NCBI GenBank assembly: GCA_950097015.1
Contig: CATNEN010000001.1
Location: 3,162,001 to 3,226,000 of the forward strand
Length of the DNA: 64,000 bases
Source: Macrostomum hystrix
Lineage: Eukaryota; Animalia; Platyhelminthes
Direction of reading: 5' to 3'
Part shown: one piece after another, positions 12,301 through 23,400 of the stretch
How the letters are laid out: each line of letters begins with the position of its first letter
Numbering within the stretch: position 1 is the first letter of the stretch
Program-made: the position numbers and the translations under genes
Notes under the pieces: model-generated
Told to the model about the DNA's origin: nothing
Databases searched by the model: none
The model's input: the letters and a program-made list of their open reading frames with translations, nothing else

Positions 12301-15300
12301 TTCCAATCCTATAATTCTCCCATTCTTCCCAGGTGCTATCGGCGGCATCTCGAGCGCATCCCTATCACTCTAGCATACTCATCACTCGCGCCTCACTAGC
12401 CGCCTTTTTGCACGGCCTTCGTAGAGCTGTGCACGTCTATAGGGCGCTAATTCAGTCTTGGACAGATCGCTTCGGCGATGCCGGACGCCAGGAAGGCTCC
12501 GTCCTGGATCGCTGGCTGGGTCGACTGGACTCCGAGCTCATGGATCGCGACCAGTCGGTGAAGCGAGAATCTGCCGCGGCTAGTAGGATTGAGCACGCCT
12601 TCACCGAGCTGGTGACCGGAACTAGCGACTGCTCGTTTAGTGCCAACGGTGTAGCCACTGCTGGACAATCCGAGGCTCAGAGGTGTGATTTTTTCTCTGT
12701 AGTGTCTTTCTATATTCCCCTAGCTTGTTTATTTATTAGATCCCTATTCATGATTTAGTGTCTTCCCAGATTCCCATTCTCAAGCTAGTGTCTTCCCAGA
12801 TTCCCATTCTCAAGCTAGTGTCTTCCCAGATCCCCATTCTCAAGCTAGGGACTTGCCAGATCCCCATTCTCAAGCTAGGGACATCCCAGATCCCCATTCT
12901 CAAGCTAGGGACATCCCAGATCCCCATTCTCAAGCTAGGGACTTCCCAGATCCCCATTCTCAAGCTAGGGACATCCCAGATCCCCATTCTCAAGCTAGGG
13001 ACTTCCCAGATCCCCATTCTCAAGCTAGGGACATCCCAGATCCCCATTCTCAAGCTAGGGACATCCCAGATCCCCATTCTCAAGCTAGGGACATCCCAGA
13101 TCCCCATTCTCAAGCTAGGGACTTGCCAGATCCCCATTCTCAAGCTAGTGTCTTCCCAGATCCCCATTCTCAAGCTAGGGACTTGCCAGATCCCCATTCT
13201 CAAGCTAGGGACTTGCCAGATCCCCATTCTCAAGCTAGGGACATCCCAGATCCCCATTCTCAAGCTAGGGACATCCCAGATCCCCATTCTCAAGCTAGGG
13301 ACATCCCAGATCCCCATTCTCAAGCTAGGGACATCCCAGATCCCCATTCTCAAGCTAGGGACATCCCAGATCCCCATTCTCAAGCTAGGGACATCCCAGA
13401 TCCCCATTCTCAAGCTAGGGACATCCCAGATCCCCATTCTCAAGCTAGGGACATCCCAGATCCCCATTCTCAAGCTAGGGACATCCCAGATCCCCATTCT
13501 CAAGCTAGGGACATCCCAGATCCCCATTCTCAAGCTAGGGACATCCCAGATCCCCATTCTCAAGCTAGGGACATCCCAGATACCCATTCTCAAGCTAGGG
13601 ACTTCCCAGATCCCCATTCTCAAGCTAGGGACTTGCCAGATCCCCATTCTCAAGCTAGTGTCTTCCCAGATCCCATTCTCAAGCTAGGGACTTGCCAGAT
13701 CCCCATTCTCAAGCTAGGGACATCCCAGATCCCCATTCTCAAGCTAGGGACATCCCAGATCCCCATTCTCAAGCTAGGGACATCCCAGATCCCCATTCTC
13801 AAGCTAGGGACATCCCAGATCCCCATTCTCAAGCTAGGGACATCCCAGATCCCATTCTCAAGCTAGGGACATCCCAGATCCCCATTCTCAAGCTAGGGAC
13901 ATCCCAGATCCCCATTCTCAAGCTAGGGACTTGCCAGATCCCCATTCTCAAGCTAGGGACATCCCAGATCCCCATTCTCAAGCTAGGGACATCCCAGATC
14001 CCCATTCTCAAGCTAGGGACTTCCCAGATCCCCATTCTCAAGCTAGGGACTTCCTAGATCCCCATTCTCAAGCTAGGGACATCCCAGATCCCCATTCTCA
14101 AGCTAGGGACATCCCAGATCCCCATTCTCAAGCTAGGGACATCCCAGATCCCCATTCTCAAGCTAGGGACATCCCAGATTCCCATTCTCAAGCTAGTGTC
14201 TTCCCAGATCCCCATTCTCAAGCTAGGGACTTCCCAGATCCCCATTCTCAAGCTAGGGACATCCCAGATCCCCATTCTCAAGCTAGGGACATCCCAGATC
14301 CCCATTCTCAAGCTAGGGACATCCCAGATCCCCATTCTCAAGCTAGGGACATCCCAGATCCCCATTCTCAAGCTAGGGACATCCCAGATCCCCATTCTCA
14401 AGCTAGGGACTTGCCAGATCCCCATTCTCAAGCTAGTGTCTTCCCAGATCCTCATTCTCAAGCTAGGGACTTGCCAGATCCCTATTCTCAATCTAGGGAC
14501 TTGCCAGATCCCCATTCTCAAGCTAGGGACTTCCTAGATCCCCATTCTCAAGCTAGGGACTTCCTAGATCCCCATTCTCAAGCTAGGGACATCCCAGATC
14601 CCCATTCTCAAGCTAGGGACATCCCAGATCCCCATTCTCAAGCTAGGGACTTCCCAGATCCCCATTCTCAAGCTAGGGACTTGCCAGATCCCCATTCTCA
14701 AGCTAGGGACATCCCAGATCCCCATTCTCAAGCTAGGGACTTCCCAGATCCCCATTCTCAAGCTAGGGACTTGCTAGATTCCCATTCTCAAGCTTAGGTC
14801 TTCCTAGATCCCCATTCTCAAGCTAGGGTCTTCCAAGATCCCCATTCTCAAGTAAATGTCTTCCCAGATCCCCATTCATCACGCTAGTGTCTTCTGACAT
14901 ACCTATTCTCGAGCCAGAAAATTTCATCTTCAGACTGCAGGTGCGCATTCTGCTTGAGCTAGCTGATCTCTATGTTGATCACGGCATGCTTCAAGAGGCT
15001 GGGGACGCTGTTAGAGAATGCGAACAACTGGTCCGACTAAGTCATCATGTGCTCTATTTGAGAGGCCGCATTCTGGAAGCTTGTGATCAGCCTACGAGGG
15101 CCAGGGAGGCCTATCAGGTACGTACTCGTTTCTTGGCTGCAAGTGTAGAATTAAGCAGCAACGTCGTTACTTCAGATCTTTAGACCGTTAATTTTGATAT
15201 TAATATTACTTTACTATTATTATATCGTTAGTTTCTTTGTTACTTTTTAGGGTTGTAACGCTAAAAAACACAAAATCGTTACTTCTGTCTTAATCGTTAC

Positions 15301-15644
15301 TTTAATCGGTTACTTTAAAGTTTTTAAGAGCGTAAATTAAAAGATTCAATCCTGTCTCCTAATTCATACAGGATGCCGTCTCCATCAATCCTGGTCACGT
15401 GCGCTCGCTGCAACGCCTCGGCCTGCTGCTAATACGCCAGGGCAATCTTCAACTGGCCGAAAAGATTTTAACGGACGCTGTCAATTATCAGCCCACTAGC
15501 AGTCGCAGCTGGACACTGCTTGGCCAGGCTCTGTCCCTGACTGGCCAAGAGGCTGAAGCTGCCCAGTGTCTGCTTACTGCCGCCGAATTAGAACAAACAG
15601 AACCATTTGTGCCGTTCTACTTTCTGCCCAAGGGTGTACCGTGA
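6343..15644 (+). CDS. TTC7: Tetratricopeptide repeat protein 7 (PI4KA complex scaffold), ~799 aa; exons 6343-6487, 7786-8108, 8300-8530, 9979-10452, 10881-11300, 12333-12682, 14934-15117, 15372-15644
   Basis: N-terminus KLETEFEKHRLEERW resembles TTC7 RLETEIERCRSE.QW. Other matches: EGYAVRGICLEK, RQLAEILLRG, EAILLLMISE, AVYDLL, LEHAMKFSFGESHIWLQFGLAL, and C-terminal TPRs ending A.ELEQTEP.VPF. All 7 introns are GT-AG with consistent phases; summed CDS is 2400 nt. Confidence 0.93.
8560..9938. repeat. Composite minisatellite: ~44 near-perfect 26-bp units (CATCTGACACCTCATTTATAAATAAT) nested in 23-bp units (CATCTGACACCTAATCGATTTAC); TTC7 intron 3
   Basis: Direct tandem repeats; 23-mer-like units occur on both flanks of the 26-mer block. 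Confidence 0.96.
10772..10829 (-). mobile_element. tRNA-like SINE head fragment
   Basis: Minus strand reads TAGCCTAGTGGTTAGAGC (A box) ... GGAGTTCGAATC (B box); no complete acceptor stem. Confidence 0.5.
11305..12150. repeat. 19/20-bp minisatellite (GCTTCCTGTAATCCCAATAA) drifting into related variants; TTC7 intron 5
   Basis: Tandem repeat starting a few bp after the splice donor. Confidence 0.93.
12756..14912. repeat. 30-bp minisatellite (AGCTAGGGACATCCCAGATCCCCATTCTCA, ~72 copies); TTC7 intron 6
   Basis: Tandem repeat that explains all repetitive ORFs at 12.7-14.8 kb. Confidence 0.97.
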
Positions 15645-17463
15645 CCTATTTCTTTATCATTTTTTGTTAAACTAATTACCCAGAAGCTTAAAATAAATGA
15701 ACTTATCCAATGTGATTCTTCGACTATTCTTTAGATTTACATATATATATATATATTTGTGTGCTTATAGTTCAACCATAGACAAACTGATGGGGAAAAA
15801 CTTTAGTCCTTAAAAGGGCCGTTTTCATTTTTAACTAAAATTAATCTTATATAAAATACTAAAAATACTGTTTATTAAAGCGAATCTTGTCCCTGTTAAT
15901 TTGTCTATGGTCATTTTAGTGTTTTTGTAGCTTTAAGTTAAATCTTAGCGCACTTGCCATGCCTCACTATATAATTTGACCTATAATTACATTGTTTTTC
16001 GTGGTCAAAGTTTTGTAGCAATTTATTTTTAATGTTTTTTCACTACTTACTTAGATAATATAGTATAGCTGTTTAATCAAGTTAATTAAAAACTTGCTCT
16101 TTAAAATGGATCTAATCGTCCTAATTTAGCTGAGCAATTAAACCATTAGACAAAAGAAATAGTTTTTTATAACTTTAGTATTTATAAATAATCCTATTTT
16201 GCTATTTTGGACTTAAAATGATGAAATATTTTTAATTGTCTGTGATTTAGCGTTTACTAAACTTGCTTGTTATTATGTATTGAACGCTAATTAACTACTC
16301 AGTGTTACAACGATTAAGTCTCACGCTCATCCTATAAACGTAAGCCTTACATTATCAGATCCCCATTTGACGATATTTAATTAGTTATTTAATTATTTAA
16401 TTTGGTATATGTTGTTCCTTTGTTATTTTTACTTTCCTGGTTTACATTTTTTCGTTGCTACTCAACTAAACTTATTGTTCTACAATACGTAGTACCATGT
16501 TTAGTATTAACATGAGAAATAAGATAAAGATTGATCACCAATAAAGATGTTTGTTTTCCGCTTTACTACGGAATGTTTCCTTCATGTAAAAGCCAAGTCA
16601 AAAAAATAGAACTGCACTTGCTAACAAAATATTGTACAGCATTTTGGTTTGTGTTGAAAATTTTAAGTTGCTACAAGCTACACTTGTTCGTTTTATGTAC
16701 ACTTGTAGGTATAGTGAAATCTTCAGTCAAAATGCGTGTGCGGATCGTAATAGCCAAATCATGCTGCATGATTTCTTGCATGCAGCAAGTCTTGCGCCTC
16801 ACCCTGCAGGGCCCGTTGCGCCGAGGGCAGAGTAGAACACGGCGTTACGTGGAAGGCCTGCTGGCAGATGCCGGGAGAACCAGACAATGTAGGCGAGAGC
16901 GATTGGGAGCTTCAGGAAGCTGGCAGCTGCTCGAGATATACTCTTATGACATCAAAACGAATATCTAATTTCACATTATTCTTATTTATCCGTTTTCTTT
17001 CTGGTTTACCATTGTTGTGACGTGTTTTTGTTGTTGTTGCCTGTCAAGACTATTAACCTGCGTAAAAAAATACAAAAAAGTAAAACAAACATTAAAAAAA
17101 GCAATCAAGTCGCATTAAAATATCTTACCAATGTAGTTGGGTTAGATAAGTTACACCTAATTTAAATATTTTGTTGTCTTTCTTACCGGTAATATATAAC
17201 ACTAGCTGTAGTCTATACACGCTAAAATAAAGATTGATTCAACTTTAAGACGAAAGCTATATTTAGTCTGGACTCTGGACGACGACTAATCACTTGCAAC
17301 TAGCTTTGAATAGAAAACTGAAGCATTGTCTATTTTTAGAAATCTGTGTTTCTTAAAATTAAAGTTTTTTGTATTAAAACACTGTAAACGTTTTTCGGTG
17401 ACGTTCATAAGTATCATTCTAATAACTAACAGTGACTGTTCCAAATCGAAGTAGTGAATAATC

Positions 17464-20400
17464 ATGTCTTATTCTTGCAATGCATTTACTAGTTGGGAAA
17501 TACAGGACAACCTTAAATTACGAAGTGTTGTTACCGAGAAATTGTTGATGAAGTCTAATACGGAAGCAGCTAAAGCGTCGGAAGGAAATGATGTTAAGCT
17601 GTAAGTCTGTTTGAACAAGTATTTCATTGCATTAGGTTTTTCATGAAATACATGCTTTGACTTTTTAGTACTTAGTATTAAAAGAACAAAATTGCCATGA
17701 TCAGTGTGTTTTATAATCTGCAGTACAATATACAGCACTAAATTAGACTTATATAATAAGTAACTAGCATTTAGTTCTAAACAGTGTGAATTTATTGAAC
17801 TGTTGTTTTCCACAACCTAACTGCCTGATCCCAATGACAACATATTGTGTTATTTAGAATTTATTTTTATTCAATTCAATTATGAGAAGTGCATTACATG
17901 CTATTGTTCATATGGACTCTAATTCTAATTGAATATATTCAGTAGAATATAGCTATATTAACAATATAATTGGACCATCTTTGAAAAAAGTTAATAATAT
18001 ATAATTACAACATGTGCATTTTTAATGTAGATCTAATACAACTAAACAAAGTGTTTCCTAGATGTTAGGCCTATTCAACAAATGCATTAACAGTGATTTG
18101 TCAACTTAAAATAAAAATATACTTAAATAGCTAAACTAATTCTTGATTAAAGCAAAAAAACAAAACTATAAATAGCTGTTTATACAACCTTATAGTGTAT
18201 ATGCCCATACACCACTACAATAAAATAGACATTTCATGTGCACAAGACATTTGTTTGGTACATTATCATAAATAGCAGTAGTATAGCTTAAGCTTATAAA
18301 ACTCTAGGCCTAATAGGCCCAGTAAAAATATTAAACGTGTACTTTTAACTTTAACTTTCAACTTTGATAAAAATTCTTTTATAATTTTGTGTGACCATGT
18401 ACTGTTCATTTTTGGAATTATATATTTTAACACAAAAATTAGCATTAAATTTTATAATGCATTGTTTAACAAACCATAGTTTTTTCTTATATACTTTTAT
18501 ATGTCGGTTTTCCTTTGTTGGGATAAGTCCTACATATTATACATTACAATGACACTAGACACACATTAAACAGTTAATGTGTATCCACAGTACAAAATAG
18601 TGTACTTGTACTTACATATCAGTGCTCCAACCACAGATAAAGTTTGGGCCAAGATTAAAAGTTTATATGCAGCCAAACTGTAGCCTATAGCTTAGTATGT
18701 GGATTTAGCCTAGTGGCTGTAGTGTTGGACTTAAAGGTTGGGGGTTCGATTCCCGTCTCCCCTAAAGCAATTTGTGTCCTTAAGCAAGTCACCTTACTCT
18801 ACGTTGCTTCAGTTCACCCAGCTGTTAAATGGGTACCAACATGAGTTGGGGTGATTGAAGGTAGCTATTGGCTTGCTTCCCCCCAGTCCATGGACTGAAC
18901 GTACGCTGTACACAGCTTTAAAATAATGAGCGCAATAGCTGTCAGTGTATGTTGAAACTTAGGTTAGGCAGCTTAGGCAGCCCAGTTTCTTTTTGATTAA
19001 TTATCTGACTTGGTCAAGTGGAGAAAGTTGAGATGAAGCTCTCTTTAGAGAGTCGAGGCATGAAGGCACAGACAGAAAAAGTTGTTAGTAGAAACATGGC
19101 TAGTATAGTGTTTGCTGTCCTAGCATTAAAATGCTTTCATTTTCGTCGTCCCATAGGAAATGTCAACTGTTGACTGTAAGTTTGTTTCGCTGTTTGCTCT
19201 CTTGTGTATGTGTGTTTATAAAACGCGCAGTCTATCCAAATTTTCTTTCAAGAAACACGATTGTTCACTTCATTCTCGCGAAGGTCCCAATTGCTTTACA
19301 TTTTGCTATTCTGGCCATGTTTTTAATTCTCGAGAACAAAACCCATTTGTAACCCTGCGCTAGACTTGGCAGTCTAATTGGCTTGTAAAACCGTGCATAG
19401 CAAAGCTATCGTGAATCTTGTTTTGCTGAAAGTTCCGAAAATTTATTATCAAAGTAAGACTAATTCTTATTTTACTTGCCTAGCACAGCACACAGCGGCT
19501 AAATAGACTTTGCGGGACCTCTGCTTCGGCAGATGTAGTGGCGAGAGCTTTAAGATTTAAGAAAATATTCTACGTTGCATTTGTATGGTTTGGTTAGGAG
19601 ATTGGATAGATAGCGCGAACGTGTCGTAAAATATTTAACGAGCACTGATTTGGCTCATATTAAATTGTGGAACCATAGCTAGGATATACTTTGACTACAG
19701 ACATAATCCCACATAGAGTGTACACTGCCTAACTATTGAAATGTCAGTGCAGATGTACACACCTGTGTGTGTGCTCAGGAGTTAGCGGAATGGGCAGAAC
19801 TGCCTCCTCGCTGGCTGCGAGTGCCTATAACAAAAATAACTGCAGGAGGGCTGCGGGCAATGGCACATCATTTGAACACTCTAGACCCGCAGCCAGCGAG
19901 GAGGCAATTCTGCCCATTTCGCTGACTCCTGAGCACACACGCACACAGATACTGTACGCAGGCACACTCACACAGTTGTGTACATCTGCCCTGACTTTCT
20001 CATTGTCAGGCAGTGTGCATTTCACTGTGCCTTGGAGGTTGGCCCTCAAGGGCGTAAATTGCACGACAAGCCCCCAAGCCTTCTCTCCGCGGCTGCGCCC
20101 CAAATAAATGTGGACTCGCCGTGGAATCGAACTTAGGGACCTCGGTGCGAGAGGCAAACGCGTTAACCGCTCTGCCACCGACCCCCCTTGCGAGTGCCCA
20201 TAGCTCTCCTGCAAATATGACCAATATATAATGACTGATATTAATGACGCTTTGATTAGTGACTAAAACTGATCTCGCCGCGGAATCGAGCTCAGGGACC
20301 TTGGTGCGAGAGGCCAAGAGCTCAGGCAAATGATTTCATATCTTGCTCAAATTGTCGTCTCGGTTCGTTTGCTAAACAAAATTCGCAACTCTGCCGCATC

Positions 20401-23400
20401 CTCATCAACAGCTCCGACATTGGCATCCCGGAGCACTCCGTCAATCTGCGCCCGTTTCTTCACCCGGAACTGACTGACACGTCACGTGACGCCTGCGAGT
20501 TGCGCCTCCACTGCGAGACGCATCGCAATCTGAGCATTCGAAGTATCACGGTTGTGGCCACCGCGCGCAACACGGAGCTGTACGATCGCAAGGGCGAATA
20601 TTTGCAAACTGTTCGCGGCTTGAACATACCCGGAACCAACTGGTACAGATTCCTGTACAGCTCTGCCGAGCCCTGCTATGAGATTAAACTCAAGGTAGGA
20701 TTCAATCCCATAATGTGGGAAGTTCCAATCCTAAAAAATAGGATGATTCATTCTCAAAACTAAGACGATTTAGTCCCAAAAAACTGGGAATATTGAATCC
20801 CAAAACCTTGGAGGATTCATTCTCAAAACTGGGAAAATTCCGTCTCAAAACTGGGAAAATTCCGTCTCAAAACTGGGAAGATTGAATTCCAAAAAACTGG
20901 GAAAATTCCGTCTCAAAACTGGGAAAATTCCGTCTCAAAACTGGGAAGATTGAATCTCAAAACTGGGAAAATTCAGTCCCAAAACTGGGAAGATTGAATC
21001 TCAAAACTGGGAAAATTCAGTCCCAAAACTGGGAAGATTGAATCTCAAAACTGGGAAAATTCAGTCCCAAAACTGGGAAGATTCAGTCCCAAAACTGGGA
21101 AGATTCAGTCCCAAAACTGGGAAGATTGAATCTCAAAACTGGGAAAATTCAGTCCCAAAACTGGGAAGATTCATTCCCAAAACTGGGAAGATTAAATCTC
21201 AAAACTCGGAAGATTAAATCCCAAAACTGGGAATAGTCATTCTCATAATTGGGAAGATTCATTCTCAAAACTGGGAAGATTGACATTTGAGTTCTAACGA
21301 ATCCCGGAGTGAAATTTAATCATAAGAATAGAACTTAAACTTGATTGATGCCAAACTTAGAATATTAAATTGCTTCTATAGCTAGTAGGCAATCCTGTAA
21401 GTTTTATTTTAATTAGATTTTAGTCGCGTTGATATGCTTGGCGACGCCTTTTCAGTGCGTCTCTAAATTTCTCTCACGGCCATCTTTATCATTGTGGGGA
21501 TTTCGCCTTTCTCTCTCTATCCTTTGCAAGTCTATTTTGGCCTAGTCCCGTTCGCGTCTTAGGTCCCTAGATTTTTGCGATATTTTTTTATTGCATCGCG
21601 TGTGGAACACTTCACGCTTCAATTAATCGCTTGGAGGCGACACAGCACGGCTTGATGCGTTCATCCACTGTGGGACTATAAATATTAAATTATTATACCT
21701 GTTATAAGCCTTACTATTCTGTTGTATTTCTCTACTCAATCTACCCCTTTCTCCCTCCCACTATTTTTCTCTACTTTCTCCTATATCTCCCGTTTTCTTC
21801 TCTTATCTACTCTCCATGACCTTTCTGCACTTTTCTCTCCTTTAGTTGGTTTATAATTTTGAAATTATTTTCTCCATATTTACATTTTATCCCCTTTTCT
21901 CCCCTTTCCTCCTTTTCTTACCTTTCTCCTCTTCTCCCCTTTCTCCCATTTCTCCCCTATTTTACCTTTCTTCCCAATTTTCCCCTTCTCCCCTTTCTCC
22001 CCCTTCTCCCCCTTCTTCCCCTTCTCCCCTTTCTTACCCTTCTACCCTTTCTTACCTTTCTCCCCTTTCTCGTCTTTCTCCCCTTTTTCTCCCCTGCCTT
22101 TGTGGCCATTATCTATTCGAAATTAAAAATGAAAATGGATCTAAATTTTACAAAAATGGCAAAAGCGAACACATTGAATTGCAATTCCGCAAAAAAAGCT
22201 GATTAAAAAATCTAAATTCCGAGTTTACTACGAATTGATAAGAATTTTCTGTTCTCGAGTGACATCTCAAATCAATTGTCGCCTGATTAATCCGAAATTA
22301 GATTAGATTCAAAGAAAAAGATGGATCTAATTTAGCTAAGTGATGAAAAATCAGATTTCACTTTTAAGGCATAGATTGAATTTTAAATTTCATTTTGTGG
22401 CACAGCTGAAATGAAATTGAGACGTGAATGATTGTGTTTCTCTTATCTTTTGCATTCTAGCTTTGATCTCGACGTGAAAGCGAATTTCCTGTGTCCCGGC
22501 TTTCGCTGCCTTTTAGGCGGTTGGAGCTAAGTGAGAAGCGGACCACTGCTGCTTCTGCTGCTGCTGTTGCTGATGCTGCTGCTGCTATTAATTTGTCGCT
22601 TCGTTTCTGATAAAAAAATGTCTTCCATATCGCTAGATGAATTTGCTTCTAGTCTTTCAGTTAGGCTAATCATGGTTCTTACTGCCTATTACTCATTCCT
22701 TTGTACACTCCTTTGTGGATTTAGTACATTGGTATTAATAGTAGATTTTTCCTGTCCATAAAAAAATATAATACTACACTTGATCAACCAAATTTTAGTC
22801 AACCCAACCTAGTCCATACATCTCCGACTGCTCTCTAGTCTGCAAACAACTGTCTACTATTCAACCTACTGTCTACTATTCAACCTACTGTCTACTATTC
22901 AACCCACTGTCTACTATTCAACCTACTGTCTACTATTCAACCTACTGTCTACTATTCAACCTACTGTCTACTATTCAACCTACTGTCTACTATTCAACCT
23001 ACTGTCTACTATTCAACCTACTGTCTACTATTCAACCTACTGTCTACTATTCAACCTACTGTCTACTATTCAACCTACTGTCTACTATTCAACCTACTGT
23101 CTACTATTCAACCTACTGTCTACTATTCAACCTACTGTCTACTATTCAACCTACTGTCTACTATTCAACCTACTGTCTACTATTCAACCTACTGTCTACT
23201 ATTCAACCTACTGTCTACTATTCAACCTACTGTCTACTATTCAACCTACTGTCTACTATTCAACCTACTGTCTACTATTCAACCTACTGTCTACTATTCA
23301 ACCTACTGTCTACTATTCAACCTACTGTCTACTATTCAACCTACTGTCTACTATTCAACCTACTGTCTACTATTCAACCTACTGTCTACTATTCAACCTA

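Noticed and set aside
12748-14797. Long repetitive ORFs on both strands (also 28424-28894, 31325-33517, 44224-46060, 56362-57779)
   Set aside because: Translations of tandem repeats whose unit is a multiple of 3 or lacks stops; the 30-mer lies inside a TTC7 intron with indels that break frame.
201-14912. Regular 20-30 bp repeats resembling CRISPR arrays
   Set aside because: Head-to-tail units with no unique spacers, no cas genes, and a spliced eukaryotic context.
16790-16945. Minus-strand ORF ending GPAG-TGA-G as a SelK/SelS-like selenoprotein
   Set aside because: No recognisable similarity beyond the Gly-rich end, reading continues well past the TGA, and no convincing SECIS is seen.
19783-19925. 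HDV-like ribozyme: GCCTCCTCGCTGGC matches the HDV P3/L3 as I recall it, and GCGAAATGGG resembles J4/2-P2
   Set aside because: Elements are in the wrong order, the GG needed for P1.1 is missing, the LINE version loses P3 pairing, and covariation supports the three-way junction instead. A cleavage assay would settle it.
18700-20190. A/B-box sequences as real tRNA genes
   Set aside because: No complete cloverleaf; they continue into dispersed SINE bodies.
22430-22600. CTG/CAG tract as an exon of a nested gene
   Set aside because: Short, stops in the relevant frames, and no supportable partner exons.
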